Assembly (NCBI RefSeq): GCF_009914755.1
Contig: NC_060935.1
Reading direction: 5' to 3' (one strand)
DNA from: the human T2T-CHM13v2.0 reference genome, Homo sapiens
DNA length: 64,000 nucleotides
The stretch's first letter is position 1; every line of letters starts with the position of its first letter. Positions 44,451 through 59,420 of this stretch are shown in pieces. Made by a program: the position numbers and the translations under genes. The notes beneath the pieces are model-generated. The model ran no database searches. It had not been told where the DNA came from and was given only the letters and a program-made list of their open reading frames with translations.

Positions 44451-45177
44451 TTATCTGATGTCTAGTGGGGACTGCCTTCAAACAGGAGGTTTTCCCACAC
44501 TCATTACATTCATAGAATTTTTCGATTGTGTGAATATCCTGATATTTTCTGAGATTTGACTTGAGTTGAAAGGTTTTCACACATTCTTTACACACATATG
44601 ATTTTCTCCCATGTGTATTCTCTGAAATGAGCTGAGTCTTGATTTCTCCTGAAAAGTTTTGCTACTTACATATCTCTTGGGACATGAGAGCTGACTGATC
44701 ACAAGATTTTCCATATTCTTTATACCCACATGAGGTCTCTCCCATATGACTATGATCATGTGTCCATAATATTGCCTGCATGTTAAAGCAATGTCTACTG
44801 TATTCAAAATATTGCTGTCAGCTTGAATTTTATGATGCTGTTTGAAATGCTCATGATTTCTGATACATTTCACAGTTAAATTACAGGCATCTAGATTCTC
44901 TCAAGACTCCATTGCATCAGGATCACTAAGGCAAAGCATGTTCTGATGTACAGTTAACTTCTCATGCCTCATTACCAAACTGTTTCTATTATTTACATTC
45001 AGATTTAAGATATAGTTTGTGCTAAAATTATACGTTTCCTTTTATAATTCAACTTTCTCCTTACTTGATATGTGGGTGTGTGATTGCAATTTGCCACAAA
45101 TGTCTGCTGTGACTTTCTTGGCTCCTCTTAATTAGGTCATCAACTGGGTGGATACCTGGGAGACTTGGTTTTGGCAG

Positions 45178-45559
45178 TGTATTAGTCTGTTGTCAAATTG
45201 CTATAAGGAAATACCTGAGACTAGGTAATTTACAAAGAAAACAGGTTTAATTGGCTCATAGTTCTACATGGCTGGGAAGGCATCAGGAAACTTAACAATC
45301 GTGGTGGAAGGTGAAGGGGTGCAGGTTCCTTTCTTACAAGCAGGAGAGAGAATGACCAAAGGAAGAACTTGCCAAACACTTATAAAACCATCAGATCTTG
45401 TGAGCTCTCACTTACTATCACAAGAACAGCATGGGAAAAACCACCCCCATGATTCAATTACCTCCAACTGGTCCCTCCCTTGACACATGGGGATAATGAG
45501 ATTATGGGGATTACAATTCAAGGTGAGATTTGGGGTGGGGACACAGCCAAACCATATCA
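45178..45559 (-). mobile_element. THE1D/MSTA-like solo LTR inserted in the KRAB-B segment
   Basis: Termini tgtattagtctg ... ccaaaccatatca (TG..CA); 5-bp TSD ggcag/ggcat. Confidence 0.92.
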
Positions 45560-46294
45560 GGCATTGTTTCTACCACTTATGGCTCTGCTCCTTGTTCCAA
45601 ATAAAAAGTGCCTCAGGTTTCACCATGCAATGTCCCAAGGATACCAGCAGGTCTCCAGCATTATGTCCCTGTACAGGATCTTCTGAGTGTCATCCAGGTC
45701 CTGCCACTCCTCCCAGGTGAAGTCAACAGCCACATCTTTACCAATCCTGGTAATGGCACATTTCCCCTCAACTCAAGTCATCAGCCTCCTGAATGCTTCC
45801 TCCCCATGGACTCATAATTGAGATCAACATATGTGTTGGATAAAGCCATAGCTCTTGAAAGACTGTACTGGAGACATCATTTCTTCTTGCTTTGGAAACA
45901 AATAGAGAACTCTAGAAGCATCACTTCACAGATGAAGAATCCAACCCCAGACCAGCAGAGAAGTGCCTAGAAATCAAGGGGTCCAGAAAGGATGGAAGGA
46001 AACATGTTTGCTCGTCTTCAGATGGATTATTTATCTCAACTAAATTGCCTGAGTTCAAGGGACCATTGCTAGCATCCACTTAACTTTATATGATATGGCT
46101 CTCTCAACAATCCAGGGGTCTTTTTTTGTTTGTATTTTATTAAGACAATAAAAAATAATTTCACACAAGAATTGAGAAGAAAACATAAAGCACAGCTATT
46201 TTACAAAGGTAAGACTCAAGAAAATTATGTTGTTGAAAAGTAAACAATCAGAGCTGGAACTTCCCATCTAAGCAAACTCTCCGTCTCTAAGTGA

Positions 46295-46807
<513 letters not shown>

Positions 46808-46849
46808 TAAAATTCACAGAGATCTTGGTCTACTCTTCCTCATTACCTT

Positions 46850-47832
46850 TTTAAAAATTATTATTATGCATTAAGTTCTGGGATACATGTGCAGAATGTG
46901 CAGGTTTGTTACATAAGTATACACATGCCATGGTGGTTTGCTGCACCTATCAACCCATCATCTACATTAGGTATTTCTCCTAATGCTACCCTCCCCTAGC
47001 TCCCCACCCCCCGACAGGCCCTGGTGTGTGATATTCCCCTCCCTGTGTCCATGTGTTCTCATTGTTCAACTCCCATGTATGAGTGAGAACATGTGGTGTT
47101 TGGTTTTCTGTTCCTGTGTCGATTTGCTGAGAAGGATGGTTTCCAGCTTCATCCATGTCCCTGCAAAGGACATGAACTCATCCTTTTTTACAGCTGCATA
47201 GTATTCCATGGTGTATATGTACCACAGTTTTTTATCCAGTTTAACATTAATGGGCATTTGGGTTGGTTCCAGGTTTTTGCTATTGTGAATACTGCTGCAA
47301 TAAACATATGTGTGCATGTGTCTTTATAGTAGAATGATTTATAATCTTTGGGTATATACCCAGTAATGGGATTGCTGGATCAAATGGTATTTCTGGATCT
47401 AGATCCTTGAGGAATTGCCATACTGTCTTCCACAATAGTTGAACTAATTTACACTCACATCAACAGTGTAAAAGCATTCCTATTTCTCTACATCCCCTTT
47501 AGCATCTGTTGTTTCCTGACATTTTAATGATCGCCATTCTAACTGGCATGAAATGATATCTCATTGTGGTTTTGATTTGCATTTCTCTAATGACTAGTGA
47601 TGATGAGCTTTTTTTCATATGTTTGTTGGCTGCATAAATGACTTCTTTTGAGAAGTGTCTGTTCATATCCTTTGCCTACTTTTTGATGGGGTTGGTTTTT
47701 TTTCTTGTAAATTTAAGTTCTTGGTAGATTCAGGATATTAGCCCTTTCTCAGATGGTTAGATTGCAAAAATTGTCTCCAATTCTGTAGGTTGTTCACTCT
47801 GATGATAGTTTCTTTTGCTGTGCAGAAGCTCG
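46850..47832 (-). mobile_element. L1PA7-like 3' 1 kb
   Basis: aagttctgggatacatgtgcagaatgtgcagg...ggtatttctcctaatgct...cttttgctgtgcagaagctc. Confidence 0.92.
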
Positions 47833-48074
47833 TCAGTAAGAATTTAGCTCTGCTTCTTCTAAACATTGGGGTATTTGCTTTGTTTTTTGGTTTCTTTTTG
47901 CTACTCACTTAACTCAAACAAAACAAAGCAAAACAAAAGAAGCAAAAAAAAAAAAAATCAACTAAATCAACAAATGAAGACTCCAGATCCCACGGATACC
48001 TAGGAGAAGGCATGTCCCTTTTAGGGCAGAAATAAACAGTGAAATCTTTTTATCTTTCATTTACTCTAGTGATG

Positions 48075-48230
48075 TAAAAAATCCTTAAATTTCAGTGATT
48101 ACTTCATCAAAGCCCTTTATTTTAAAGCTAGGGAAAACCGAGGCCCCCAAAGTTAAGGAAATTGTCCAAGGTCACTTGTTTAATCCAGAATCAAGTTTTG
48201 ACAACTAACTTCCCAGCCAGTTGTTTATGA
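48075..48230 (-). mobile_element. MIR
   Basis: gggaaaaccgaggcccccaaagttaaggaaattgtccaaggtcac. Confidence 0.7.
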
Positions 48231-49319
48231 CTTGCAATTATGTCCCTGCTTCCATGAACGCATACCCCACTCTAGGCATGAATGGGGGCTAATACTTTTG
48301 GCTAGTGTGACTTTGATGGTTTTATCATTTTTATAATGGCATCCCTAGAGGAATGGCAGCAGAAGTGCCTTGAAATTACATGTTTGAACAAAATAAATAT
48401 AGCAGGTGCTCTTGAGAAAAGAAAGCAAAACAGCATTAAAGTTCAGTGAAAGCTTGCTATCTGGAGAAATATATTTTCAGGTAAGGGGAAAGCTGTCCAG
48501 AAGTCACCCTGAGAACATGAGGAGTGTGAAATTTAAGTTTAATTTCCACTTTGGCAATTACATTGGGTGTTCAATAAAGTCTGGTTAATTATCCTTAAAG
48601 GCATAGTGATTTTAGATTAGGTAGTATTTTTTTAATGCTCCACTAGCTGTGTTTATCATCAGTCATAAAATAAAACCAATAATGTATTGTTATTATAGCA
48701 ATCCCTCATTATTATATGGGCAGGTATAGGGCAAAGGTCATGAAGAAGACCCACTCACTAAATATGCCCTTCCCTCCCGCATCTCCTCTTGTCAATATTT
48801 ATGTTTGATTAGTTAATATATATGTTCTTCATTCTCAGTAGTGGTAACAGACAAGTTATTGATGTAAACAGACTTCTAGGCAACATATTTTGTGTTTATG
48901 TGTTAAATAGTTTTGTTGTTAATTATGATTAAATAAATATATCACTTTTCCTTCTAGAACAGTAGGAGAAAGTGTCTATGACCTGTGTGATATGTGTGGA
49001 TTTCTATATTATAGCTCATAGGTAAAAATATTTATTATATTATTTTTGATATAAACAGTGGCTATAAATACCAAGGAAACAAAGACAACAATGACCTTAA
49101 ATGATTAGCCTAAAATTATTTTTTAAAACTGAAATAAGGGAACAGGCTTTCTGATGCATATGTAAGTAGGAGTGTACTACTGTTTCCTTAGTGCTATAAT
49201 CATTTAGCAAAGCCCAGGCTTGGAGCCTGTTAGAAAGTATTACACATTATACAATTAGAAATATTATAGTTATAAGGCCTTAAAACATTCATTAATATAT
49301 TTAAAGAATTGGAATCACT

Positions 49320-49390
49320 CCCTGTGACATCAGTTTACCTATACAACAAACTGGCACATGTATCCCTGAAAATTAAAAAAAAAAAAAAAA
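49320..49390 (+). mobile_element. L1PA13-16-like 3' tip
   Basis: agtttacctatacaacaaactggcacatgtatccctgaa plus polyA; degenerate TSD aaagaa(t/c)tg. Confidence 0.7.
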
Positions 49391-49965
49391 GAACTGCGCA
49401 TATAAAGTATGCTCTCTAAGCCCAATGTAATTAAATGAGAAACCAGAAAGAGAAAGAAATTTTGGAAATTCGCAAACATGTGGAAGTTAAACAATACACT
49501 TCTACGGAACTAATGGATCAAAGAAGAAATCATGAGCAAATTAGATAATATCTTGAGGTAAGTGAAAATGAAAATACAACATACCAAAACTTATAATGTA
49601 AGAAAAATAGTTATTAGATGGAAGTTAATAGATGTAACTCTCTCTCTATATATGCATAATATATATATTTATACAAATCTTTAAATCAGTAGCTTATTTA
49701 ACAATGAAAAAAAACCTAGAACAGGAGCAAACTAAACCCACAGTAAGCAGAATCAGAAAATAATAAAGATCAGAGCAAAAGTAGATAAGTAGACAGTGAA
49801 AAATAATAGAAAAAAATTAGTGCATCAAAAGCCAGCTGCCTAGAAAACAGAAAAAAATTGATAAGCCTTTAGTTAAATAACCAAAACAAAAAAGAAATAA
49901 GACTCAAATTACCAAAATCAGGAATGGAAGAGTGACATTACTATTAGCCTTACAGAAATAATGAC

Positions 49966-50270
49966 TTTTTTTTTTTTTTTTTTTTTTTTGAGACAGAGTC
50001 TCACTCTATTGCCTGGGCCGGAGTGCAGTGGCCTGATCTCTGCTCTCTGCAACCTCCGCCTCCTGGGTTCAAGTAATTCTCCTGCCTCAGCCTCCTGAGT
50101 AGCTGGGACTACAGGTGTGTGCCACCATGCCTGGCAAATTTTTGTATTTTTAGTAGAGATGGGGGTTTCACTATGTTGGCCAGGCTGGTCTCAGACTCCT
50201 GACCTCATGGTCCACCCGCCTTGGCCTCCCAAAGTGCTGAGATTACAGGCAAAAGCCACTGCACCCGGCC
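49966..50270 (-). mobile_element. AluSg/Sx-like
   Basis: Full Alu with long T tail; TSD core agaaat..atga. Confidence 0.95.
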
Positions 50271-50387
50271 AGAAATGATTTTGAGGGAAAACTATGAACA
50301 ACTGTATGGTAACTAATTAGAATACTTAGATGAAATGGACAAATTTGTAGAAACACAAACTACTAAACCGACTTAAAAATAAATGGA

Positions 50388-51775
<1,388 letters not shown>

Positions 51776-51942
51776 TGTTGATTGGAATCTCAATTCTAAA
51801 CTTGCCATGGAGCCAGCATGGGCAAATAATTTAACTTTTCTGAGTTTCATTTTCTTTAAATGTAAAATGAGAATGTTATTTTTACTTCAGTGCTTTTGAG
51901 AAAATAAAAAAGTAGTGTATACAAAAAATAAAAATAAAAAAA
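51776..51942 (+). other. Putative L1 3' transduction (MIR-derived sequence plus second A tail)
   Basis: Lies between the L1 polyA and the second TSD copy (aaatgga, 51940-51946); AATAAA at 51903-51908 followed by A-rich tail 51923-51942. Confidence 0.75.
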
Positions 51943-54900
51943 TGGAAAATCTAAATTGTCCGATAACAACTAAAGAAATTGAATTAATCATTTTAAAACT
52001 TCCCGTGAAGAAAAGCTCCAGGCAATACAGCTGGTGAATTCTATCAGATATTGAAAGAAATAATTAATACCAATTCTTATGTATTAATACAATCCCAATG
52101 AATATAAAACTCTTTTAAAGAAACAAAAGAGAGGAGGACATTTCTATCTCATTTTATGATGCCAGTATTACCCTGATACCAAAACCACAAAAAGGCATTC
52201 TAAGAAAAAAAAAAAAAAAACAACTACGGACCAATATCCCTTATCAGTAAAGATATAAAAATTATCAGCAAAATACTAGCAAACCAAATCCAGGAATATA
52301 TAAAAAGATTTGTATATGCACATTATATGACATGTTCAGAATCAGAAAATCTATACAGAAAGAAAGAAAAATAGTGATTGTTTAGGGCTTATAGTGGGGT
52401 GAGAAATCACTGTACATTGGTACCACAATTCTTTCTGGGTCATGTAAATGTTCTCAACTTAGATAGCAGTGTTGCATAACCCTATGAAATACGAAACCCA
52501 TTGAGTTACACATTTTAAATGAGTAAATTTTACGATATGTGAATTATATCTCACTAAATAAGTTAAAAATAGTATAGCTACAAACAGCAAAGACCTGTAG
52601 TTGAGTAAGGTTATCTGTCAATGAGCAGTGCTAAAAGGGGATCCATGAGATTTCCTGCATCTTCTATCTTTAACACTTTATTCTTTTCTGACTTGTCTGT
52701 GGTATTTGGAGAATATTTCCCTAGTGTTTCCCCAATATAATTATAAAATGACCACTTGATTAAAGTTTTTTTTTTTGTTTTTTAACAGTGAGTCATTTGT
52801 TACCAACAGTTGTAAGGTAGGTGTCATGCTGATGTGCAACTTACCATAGTTAAAATATGATTTCAGAAAAGATTGAATAATATCCCTATAATCTTCTCAC
52901 TCTCACTTACTTGTACTGTATTATCTTTTCAAATATGAGAGCTATAGAATATGTTGAGTTACAGGTAGTAAACTTAGAGAATTTTTTTTTTTTGTATTCT
53001 AACACTTCTCCCTCTGCTTTTAGAGTAAAACTCTGACATCTTCGAAGTGCTGAGAAGAGATATCTGCTCATCTTTCTAACTCACTGCCTTTATCTTATGG
53101 CACAAAGGGAGATTTATCTGAAAGATAACAGTCGGAAGGAAACTTGTGCGATTCAACAACTTCTTAGCTCTCTGTTTTGGACTTGTCTACTTTGACAGTG
53201 TATGAATTTTTTTTCTGATCGTTATTTTCAATGTGGTAAACACAGCTACGTTAAACTACCTATGCCTTCTACATCCATATCTGAATATTCATTCCTCTCT
53301 ACCCCTGCATTGGGGCTCAATGTAATGAAGTAAATATTTCTCATTTACTTTTTCAGGTATACATCTAATTTTCAGACACCTTTATGGGTGAGCTGGTTAA
53401 AAGACAAGGCTTCAGGTGGGAGTGAAGTTGAGAAAACCTTTTTTTTTAAATCCAGTATTTATTCTCTACTTAGTTTTTATCAGTAATAAAGCTTACATGT
53501 GTTTCCTGCTTCAGTTTTCAGATAGTTCCAGAATGGGAGGTATAAAGTGGGATGTTATTCATTATCCTTTTAAATGGGAGCAACACGTCAGAAATAGCCC
53601 AAAGCCTTGGGCATACTATGCATGAGAAGGTCATCTGTCATGTATGTCACAACAATGAAAACAGCACAACTGGCTTCAACCAGTTGTCCACACTTGAAAA
53701 GAGTAAGTGAGCGCCAAAATCACACCAGGTGAAAAATCACACCCCAAAATATAACTTGCCTGGGCCATAAGGGAAATATAATGCTCCTGAAGCCCATATT
53801 TAACAACAAAATCATGCAGAGTGCCATTTAAACAGCATGGCTACTGCCTTTGTACAAAACGAGGTGCTCACTAGTTCCAGATGGAAGCAGGCTGACATGC
53901 TGCTTTTGTGTCCATCCTCACTCCTGTGTCCCTGCTCTCCAAGGATAGGCATCCATCTGTCCAGAATTATTTAACTAGAGTTCTGCCCAGAGGCAGGAAG
54001 CTAGGCAACACAGCCAGACTTATGTAATATTCCCAAAGTGTACTTCTACTCTGTTGATTTCAGTGATAGCTTTGAGATACCACAAGAGAAGAAGGGAAGG
54101 TGAAATGGGGGGCAGCTAGTTTCCTATTTCCCGTGTGCTTAATATTCCATGCTTGAATTGTTCATCTGTCCTATTCTCTTTTACCTGAGTCCTAATTTCA
54201 TTTCACATTCCCAATGACAGAGAGAAAAAGGTCTTTCTATCACCTTTCCCTGGGCACATTCTCTTTTTGCAGACATTGTTGCCTTCAGAATTCATCAAAA
54301 CCATGTATGTGTCTCTGCTTTAAATGTCCCTTTGCAACTCTTTATATTGGTGACATTGGTACCCTTACCTCAGACCTATAATTGAAATAGATAGCGCAGA
54401 ACTGTATTGTGGGCATATTTTTTTCTCTCTCTCTGTGTTGGCCAACTCATTTTATCTTCAAATTTTAAACTGCATGGAGATGAATATTAATGGCCATATT
54501 AGTATGTGAAAGTGGCATTGAGATTGATACACGGTAAATGTTCCAATGAGGAAGTGTGGAATTGCCTGTCTCTTTGATTAATTCCATGTTCTCAATACCT
54601 AACTAGAAACTCTTGAGACCTACATCTTTTGCCTTTATTCTACTGGCATATGACTTCCTCTCATTGAGAGGCTACTTGGGAGAAAAATGCCTACAAAATG
54701 GCAGAAGAAACCAATATATGTCACCAATATTAATCAACCTCTTTAGCGTATCAGTCCTCTTTAGCTCCTCTTTAGCATATCAGTCATCAACTAAGGATTT
54801 TGAGAAATTTGAGAAAAAGCAAGAAGCAAAATCAACCTGAAGAATGTTTAATTCAAATTAAATTTATCTATATGTATATTGTAGCAATTTATTAAATGCC

Positions 54901-54989
54901 ACAATGCTATCTAAAAACATATGAGATACTAAGAATCCAAATTATGACTGTAATAAACATTTGAGTGGAGTCTTGAATCTGATTACCTA

Positions 54990-55400
54990 ATTGGACATCT
55001 TAAACATAAAAGTCAAGGAAATCTCCCAGAATACAGAGCAAGAAAAAAAAGTCAAGGAAATCTCCCAGAATACAGAGCAAGAAAAAAAAGTGACAGAAAA
55101 TATGGAAGAACTCAATTTAGAAGAATAGATTGAGAAGCTTCAATGATTTCTAAATGAAGTTTTACAACAAAAAATGGAGAAAAGAGAGGGAGAGAAATAA
55201 TAATAGAAAAAAATGTTCACAAGTTAAAGAAAATTCCGTCTTTAGATTGAAAAAATTCTCTCCAGTGTCCAATAGCATCAGCAAATTCAAATCTGTACCC
55301 AGGCTTATGTTAAAGAAAGCTTGGTATTGTAAAGATAATTTCAAGTTTTTAGAGACTGTATGGAAAGCTAGGAAGAGGACAGTTTGTGTGACCTTGTACA
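54990..55400 (+). mobile_element. Old L1ME ORF1-region fragment
   Basis: aaggaaatctcccagaatacagagc...gtctttagattgaaaaa...ccagtgtccaatagc. Confidence 0.55.
55012..55089. repeat. Perfect 39-bp tandem duplication
   Basis: gtcaaggaaatctcccagaatacagagcaagaaaaaaaa x2. Confidence 0.95.
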
Positions 55401-55525
55401 AAAAGAAGGAAGAAAAGGAAAGGAAAGGAAGAAAAAGAAGGAAGGAAGGAAGAGAGAGAAAGAGAAAGAGCATGGAGATAAGGGCGGGAGGGGAAAAGGA
55501 AAGAAAGGAAGGGAAAAAAAAGAAA
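55400..55525. repeat. GA-rich low complexity
   Basis: Purine-rich tract (gaagga/aagg). Confidence 0.85.
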
Positions 55526-56474
55526 ACTTGAATGGCTTAAAATTCTTTAAAAATTATGTGTGCTATACAGTAGTTCACTGTCCTTCGAAATGCAAAGTAA
55601 TTTAGAACCTGAACTCCTAAATCTAGTTAAAATGAGGAGATTTTAAAAGGTCAACAGCTCAGAATTTTAGCTTTCCTGTGTATTTCTTAAAAAAGAAAAA
55701 AAAAAAAGAAAAAAAAAACAGTTACTTGAGGATATACCTCAGCAATTTTTTTTAAAAAAAAGAATCTCAAAGAACACAATCAAACAAATCACATGTTGAT
55801 TGATATGAAGTAGAGAACAATTATAAAAAAATTTAAAAATTACAGAAAGGCAGAAAGATATTTTTAAGAAGAAAGTATACCCATCAAAGAGTAATAAATT
55901 CATACCCATTGTATAAATATAAAATCAAGAGCAAAAAAGGTTTTAATTGTATGATGAAGGTGTATGTATCTATTAAAAAGAAAATCTCTCACACTCAACT
56001 AAGTATTGCTTACTACTAAATTTAGAGTCTCCTTTAAGGCAGGGCACTTGTATCATTTATCTTTGCATCCCAAATACCTGAACATTTAGTACACACAAAT
56101 GGCTTTTGTGCATTTCGCAGTTCCATTTTTCCAATCAAACTTTCCTTCCCATGTTTATTCTCCTAGGTGCACCATCACCTCTGGCCCAGAAAACTGAGAA
56201 TGAGAGTTAAATTCAGTCCTTTAATAGTTTAATAGCTGCCAGAGAATCACCAAATACTGTTATCTCCACCTGTTAAATGAATCTGCAATTTGTTGAGTCT
56301 TTGATCTCCACTTTCCTAGCTTGGACACTAAATACTGTTATAAGAGCATCTTAACTAGTCTCCCTTCCTGATGGCTCCCCTCCTTCAATTAAGTTGACTA
56401 TTTCTAAGAAAACATTCTATCTTGTATAGTATGAAATTTTTTATGTCATATTATTGCAGAAGTCTCTGTTTTTC

Positions 56475-56925
56475 TTGCAGTAGCCATTCTCCTTTTCTTC
56501 TACAGCAATACAACTCAAATTCTCACCTGGTTATGTGACTGAGTAGAACAAATATTACCTTTCTAATTCCTTGCCCAGATAGATGTAGTTACATTCTGCC
56601 TAAAGTAATGTAGATAAAAGTGGTTTGTGCAACTTCCAGGAAATATATTTAAATGGCAGAGAATGTCTTTCTTTACTCGTTTCTGAAAGGCTAGGAGGTA
56701 TTATCTTTTCACTGGAATGGACAAGATAAAAAGTTGTAAATCATACGGAGAAGATGTTGAATTTGGGTCTCTGATGACAATAGAATCCTTGTTACCAGCC
56801 ATGGACTGCCTGTGTGTGTGTCTGTGTGCGTGCATGCACACACATGTGTATGTAGAAATGAACTACTATCATATATACGTATAATCATAGTAAGTCTGTC
56901 ATGCAATTCCATTATGCCTATCTAT
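56475..56925 (+). mobile_element. LTR33-like LTR
   Basis: gccattctccttttcttc...gtggtttgtgcaacttccagg...tttgggtctctgatgac...ccagccatggactgcc. Confidence 0.6.
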
Positions 56926-57564
56926 ATAAACCCTTGTAATCCTGTAATTCTGTGAGGCAAATATTTAAGACAATCTAACTGACCTACTGAAAAATATCCA
57001 GACTCCTTCAATGACCATCAAGTAATTCATAATTTCTCTTAAATCTGTCTTTCAAACATCATAAAATACTAATTCTTGTATTCTTGCCACTGCAACCATT
57101 CACCATTTCTTCTTTTTCTTCATCATCCGTGAAGTTTCTCTGTTCTTTCTATAACCTTATTCTCTGTTCAGTTTCTCCTAAGTCTTTGGTTTTCCCATCA
57201 TTCTCAGGTTAGTATTTGATGGGGAACTTGAGCAAATATAAAATAGCTTTTCTCACCTAAACTTGTTTTCTTTTGTAGGCAAGGATTCCAAAAGTCTACT
57301 GAAAGAATAAGAGAATCTAGAATTTCAAATCACTTTGGAAATCCAAAAATCTCATAGGATGTCAACCCCTCTTAAATGTTACTGTATTTTAATATATTCA
57401 CCTTCACTTGGCTTCAAAGAGTAATAAACTCAGAGAGAATGTTTTCCTAGGTTTTTTATTTGTATATCCTACTACAATATGTCTTGCTAAGAGTGGATAT
57501 AGTTAATCAGTTAAGTTCTTTGGAAATTTAAAAGGAGGAAGATAAAAAAAGCCTAGATAAGCAG

Positions 57565-57631
57565 ATACAGAGATAAAAATGGACACACATACATGCATAT
57601 ACAGAGATAAAATGCACACACATACATGCAT
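57565..57631. repeat. ~34-bp tandem duplication
   Basis: atacagagataaaa(a)tg(g/c)acacacatacatgcat x2. Confidence 0.85.
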
Positions 57632-58339
57632 ACACATGAGGGTATTTAACATATAAATGTATTATGCTCTTCATGTTGATTGTCTCTAGACCTGGGAAAA
57701 CCAGCTACTGAGTACTTTCTAATGACCTTCCCTCTTTCATATGCATATACACAATCATTGACTTCTATTTTATAAGTGTTCTCTTATTCAATGTTTCAAT
57801 ACTAACTTCCTGTTACTATTGAGTCCAAATTCAAAATTTGATGAATACACTCCAATTACATCCAATCTGGAAGCAGTATGCAATTTATTTGAAAGATCTA
57901 CCACTTTCATTGGCACTCATTTGCAGCATCATTGTACTCCTTCCCATTTGCCAGAGCAGTGATCGTCAGCACTCAGGAATCTGTCAGCCAGCTTAAGGGT
58001 GCCCATCTCAGTCAGGGGAAAAATGACAAAAGGAAGCATTATAACTTATTAAATGATATTACAGACACTGCCGTGCTCTAATCTGTAATTGAAAATAATT
58101 TCCAAATCACACAAAGAATGGCCTCCTGTGAATTTTCACACCTTCAAATTCAGATCCAGTTTTAAGACATTTAATGATTACATTATAAAGCCAATTCATC
58201 CAGCCAGAAAAGCTGCCTCTCTCCATTCTTAGAACCGGAGCAGATACATTAGAGACAAAGCAGAGCCCTCACGAAAGAAGAACAAGGGTGATGACTCACA
58301 AAGCTCTATTTGGGAGTCTGAATTTGGGGAGAATCTTGC

Positions 58340-58460
58340 TGCTGTAGACTGATGTCCACCACACAAAGCCATCACAATGAGGGGTCCTTGTTGTTGGTGC
58401 CACAGAGCAAGAGCAGCCACCTGTGTGCGTGCTGGCTACCTTTTCGCCCCTCAAGTTTTG
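58340..58460 (+). mobile_element. LF-SINE-like fragment (tentative)
   Basis: gatgtccaccacacaaagccatcacaat; ccttgttg; cagagcaagagcagcca; gctaccttttcgcccct appear in the order of the recalled LF-SINE middle section. Confidence 0.4.
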
Positions 58461-58789
58461 CTAGGTGAACTTTGAAACACATCCATGATGCAGCACGATG
58501 TTTGCATTATGCCTGCAAAAGCTATTGAGGATTGGATATAGACAAAAGCCTTTCACTATCTCTGGCTGACAATCAAGTTCCTTTTAGCAACAATGCAATT
58601 TTTCAGGGTGTGGTAAAAGCTAAGAACAGAAAGCAGCAAGACAATTGCAGCAGTCATATTGAGAGTTAGACTATCCGGGGTAGTTTACTCTTTCCACAAA
58701 AACTTCAATCCTACTTTCCTTCTCAAGGTGATTAGTGGTCTCACTGGTACCAACTCCAGCCACTTAAATTGAGTTTTCCTTTATATTAT

Positions 58790-59080
58790 ATTATTTGAGC
58801 AAATACTATACATCAGGCACTGTGCTACATGTTTGCAATACATGGTTTCTGTACTACAGAACCTAACATTTGAAAGGAACGGAGGGATTTTAATTTCAAG
58901 CACAAGCAAATAAATGTTTGTGCTTGAAATTAAAATCCACCCAAGATACAGACAATGAAAAAAATAGCTAAAAAACAAACATGGCATGACTGCAGATAAT
59001 AAAATAGAAAAGGAGAAAAGAAGAGGACTTTGGTGAAATCTCTTAAGGAGTGTACATACAAAATATATCTGGATTGACTG
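58790..59080 (-). mobile_element. L2 fragment
   Basis: tttgagcaaatatactatacatcaggcactgtgcta. Confidence 0.55.
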
Positions 59081-59299
59081 AGACAGCATTCTGGATAATT
59101 ATGGAGGAAATTTCTTATATTACTATACCTCAAGAATCAACCAAAGCCTAACAAAAGTAAACATTTTTCAGTTCACAGTAATGCCACATTTGAAATAAAT
59201 TGGCAGTAAGCTTTGGGAAATGACATTTAGTTCACCACAATTTCATAATTTTTGAAGGATGTGATAAAATAAAATATCCAGACTTTTCCAGCTATAGCT

Positions 59300-59420
59300 A
59301 TGCACCAGACAAGATGCTCCACGAAGACAGGGGCTTTGCCTTTTTCACCATTGTATCTTGAGGACCTAAAACACCATGAGGCATATATGAGAGACTTGAT
59401 TGTGAGTGACTAAATGACTG
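59300..59420 (+). mobile_element. L2 3' end
   Basis: gctccacgaagacaggggctttgcctttttcaccattgtatc. Confidence 0.65.

Noticed and set aside
48406-48486. 75-nt open exon candidate with strong donor cag|gtaagg
   Set aside because: The acceptor lacks a pyrimidine tract and I do not recognise the peptide.
55154-55531. 125-aa K/R/E-rich ORF
   Set aside because: It arises from a purine-rich low-complexity tract and decayed L1.
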